Positions 23,018 through 24,000 of a stretch of DNA of 24,000 nt are shown here, in pieces. The stretch comes from Dyadobacter chenwenxiniae (GTDB lineage Bacteria; Bacteroidota; Bacteroidia; Cytophagales; Spirosomataceae), in NCBI RefSeq assembly GCF_022869785.1, contig NZ_CP094997.1, positions 4,965,066 through 4,989,065 on the forward strand, written 5' to 3'. Position numbers and translations under genes: made by a program. How positions within the stretch are numbered: position 1 is the first letter of the stretch; each line of letters starts with the position of its first letter. Under the pieces are notes generated by a model. That model was given only the letters and a program-made list of their open reading frames with translations, searched no databases and had not been told where the DNA came from.

Positions 23018-24000
23018 TTAATTTGTGGAAATAGATGTCACTATCGCGTTGTTGCGCGAATCTTTATCACCACCCGTCTTACCAATTAGTGTTGCTTTTA
23101 TATTCTGGCCAGTACCGGGTGTGACTCCTTCATTTGGCTTTATCGTGAAACCAACAACCGCTTTCCCTTTTGCAGGAATGGGTGTTGTGGAAGACGCGGT
23201 GATATAACTGGCATTTTCTGAAAACGTCCAGTTGCTATTTTGGTTAGGCGTACCTCCTTGAAATACATCAGAGACACCGCTCACAGTTGGATAAGTTATT
23301 TTAAAACCTCCAACTTTGTTTATACGAAATGTGACAGCTCCTGAAGTAGGTACGCCACTGTTTTCAAAAAGGTTAACCACAAAATCCTTGCTTGCCTCAG
23401 TAACAACTATTGCATTGATATCCAGAGAAGGACTCAGGTCGGGGCAATCGCTTATTTGAACGGTAACCAATGAGGTAGAGAGGTCCGTATTAAAGCACGA
23501 ATTGTGCTTATCATACCAAAAAGCAAAATACTGCCCATCCCCCGCAGCAGCAATATGCGCATCAGTTAAATTTAGAGGTTCGCTATGATACTGGGATTGC
23601 TGCCAAACCACAACACATGACGGACATGGCGGAGTACCAGCGACAACAAAATCATTCAGATTGACAGTGGCCTCAGGACACTTATTCGTTCCCTTATTAA
23701 TGGGTTGTATTAACGCTACTTGGGATAAACCGGCGTCACATGCGCTAATTGCACTGTGTCCGATATCCAGGCCCAGGTAGCCCGTCAGTTGTCCGCCTTC
23801 TCCTGAAAAGGCTACGACTGCAGTGGTTCCTGTTGCTGTAAACTCCAGAACCTGGGGAATCCAAGTGCTGACATTACCAAATCCTGGCCCACCGCCTGGT
23901 TGAAACTTGGTTACGTTTATTCCCGAACCTCCAGAGACAAGACCTAGCTTCGCTTGCGTACCAAAGCCCAGATTGCCGACTCTTAATGAAATCACATTGT
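23018..24000 (-). CDS. Surface protein with a DUF11/CARDB-like C-terminal Ig-type domain. Only the 3' part is present and the gene continues past the right edge.
   Basis: The frame stays open to position 24000. The track start at 23995 is an internal GTG and no signal peptide follows it. The Cys-rich middle region is NKCPEATVNLNDFVVAGTPPCPSCVVVW..NSCF. The C-terminus DLSPSLDINAIVVTEASKDFVVNLFENSGVPTSGAVTFRINKVGGFKITY..GKAVVGFTIKPNEGVTPGTGQNIKATL resembles DUF11-type repeats. Confidence 0.6.
   Translation of the reverse strand, partial: NVISLRVGNLGFGTQAKLGLVSGGSGINVTKFQPGGGPGFGNVSTWIPQVLEFTATGTTAVVAFSGEGGQLTGYLGLDIGHSAISACDAGLSQVALIQPINKGTNKCPEATVNLNDFVVAGTPPCPSCVVVWQQSQYHSEPLNLTDAHIAAAGDGQYFAFWYDKHNSCFNTDLSTSLVTVQISDCPDLSPSLDINAIVVTEASKDFVVNLFENSGVPTSGAVTFRINKVGGFKITYPTVSGVSDVFQGGTPNQNSNWTFSENASYITASSTTPIPAKGKAVVGFTIKPNEGVTPGTGQNIKATLIGKTGGDKDSRNNAIVTSISTN

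Noticed and set aside
1-24000. CRISPR arrays, IS elements or transposases, phage genes, toxin-antitoxin pairs and known defence-system signatures
   Set aside because: Reading both strands turned up no regularly spaced repeats, no DDE, integrase or recombinase motifs, and no nuclease or helicase defence modules. The only STAND-type NTPase carries a LuxR HTH and looks like a transcription regulator.

Overview
This 24 kb window looks like chromosomal DNA from a Bacteroidota bacterium, probably Cytophagales-like. Supporting signs are many lipoprotein-type signal peptides, a T9SS C-terminal sorting domain and TAnnTTTG-type promoter boxes. I saw no CRISPR array, transposase, integrase or phage genes. 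Gene order, left to right: (1) a 5'-truncated membrane-anchored alpha/beta hydrolase that the ORF track misses. (2) An AT-rich islet carrying a GNAT acetyltransferase. (3) A minus-strand OmpR-type response regulator, a histidine kinase and a DUF4242 protein. (4) Divergent from these, a tightly packed plus-strand six-gene operon: a spondin_N-like lipoprotein, two secreted YHS-domain paralogues, DoxX, a DinB-like protein, and an unusual fusion of an NRDE/TANGO2-type N-terminal-Cys domain to an ATP-grasp ligase. (5) A minus-strand five-gene envelope cluster: a DUF1624 membrane acyltransferase-like protein, an NHL-propeller lipoprotein, an M57-like metzincin fused to a six-blade tectonin-like propeller, an orphan lipoprotein and a DUF3455 lipoprotein. 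This cluster is divergent from a large AAA/STAND-TPR-LuxR regulator. (6) tRNA-Arg(ACG), an enoyl-CoA hydratase, a PAP2-like membrane protein and asnS. (7) A decayed small lipoprotein gene, then two surface-protein genes, one of them T9SS cargo. The best candidates for an undescribed system are the two-component-linked operon ending in the NRDE-ATP-grasp fusion, and the LuxR-STAND-linked lipoprotein, protease and lectin cluster. All family names come from motif recognition by eye and need HMM or BLAST confirmation.
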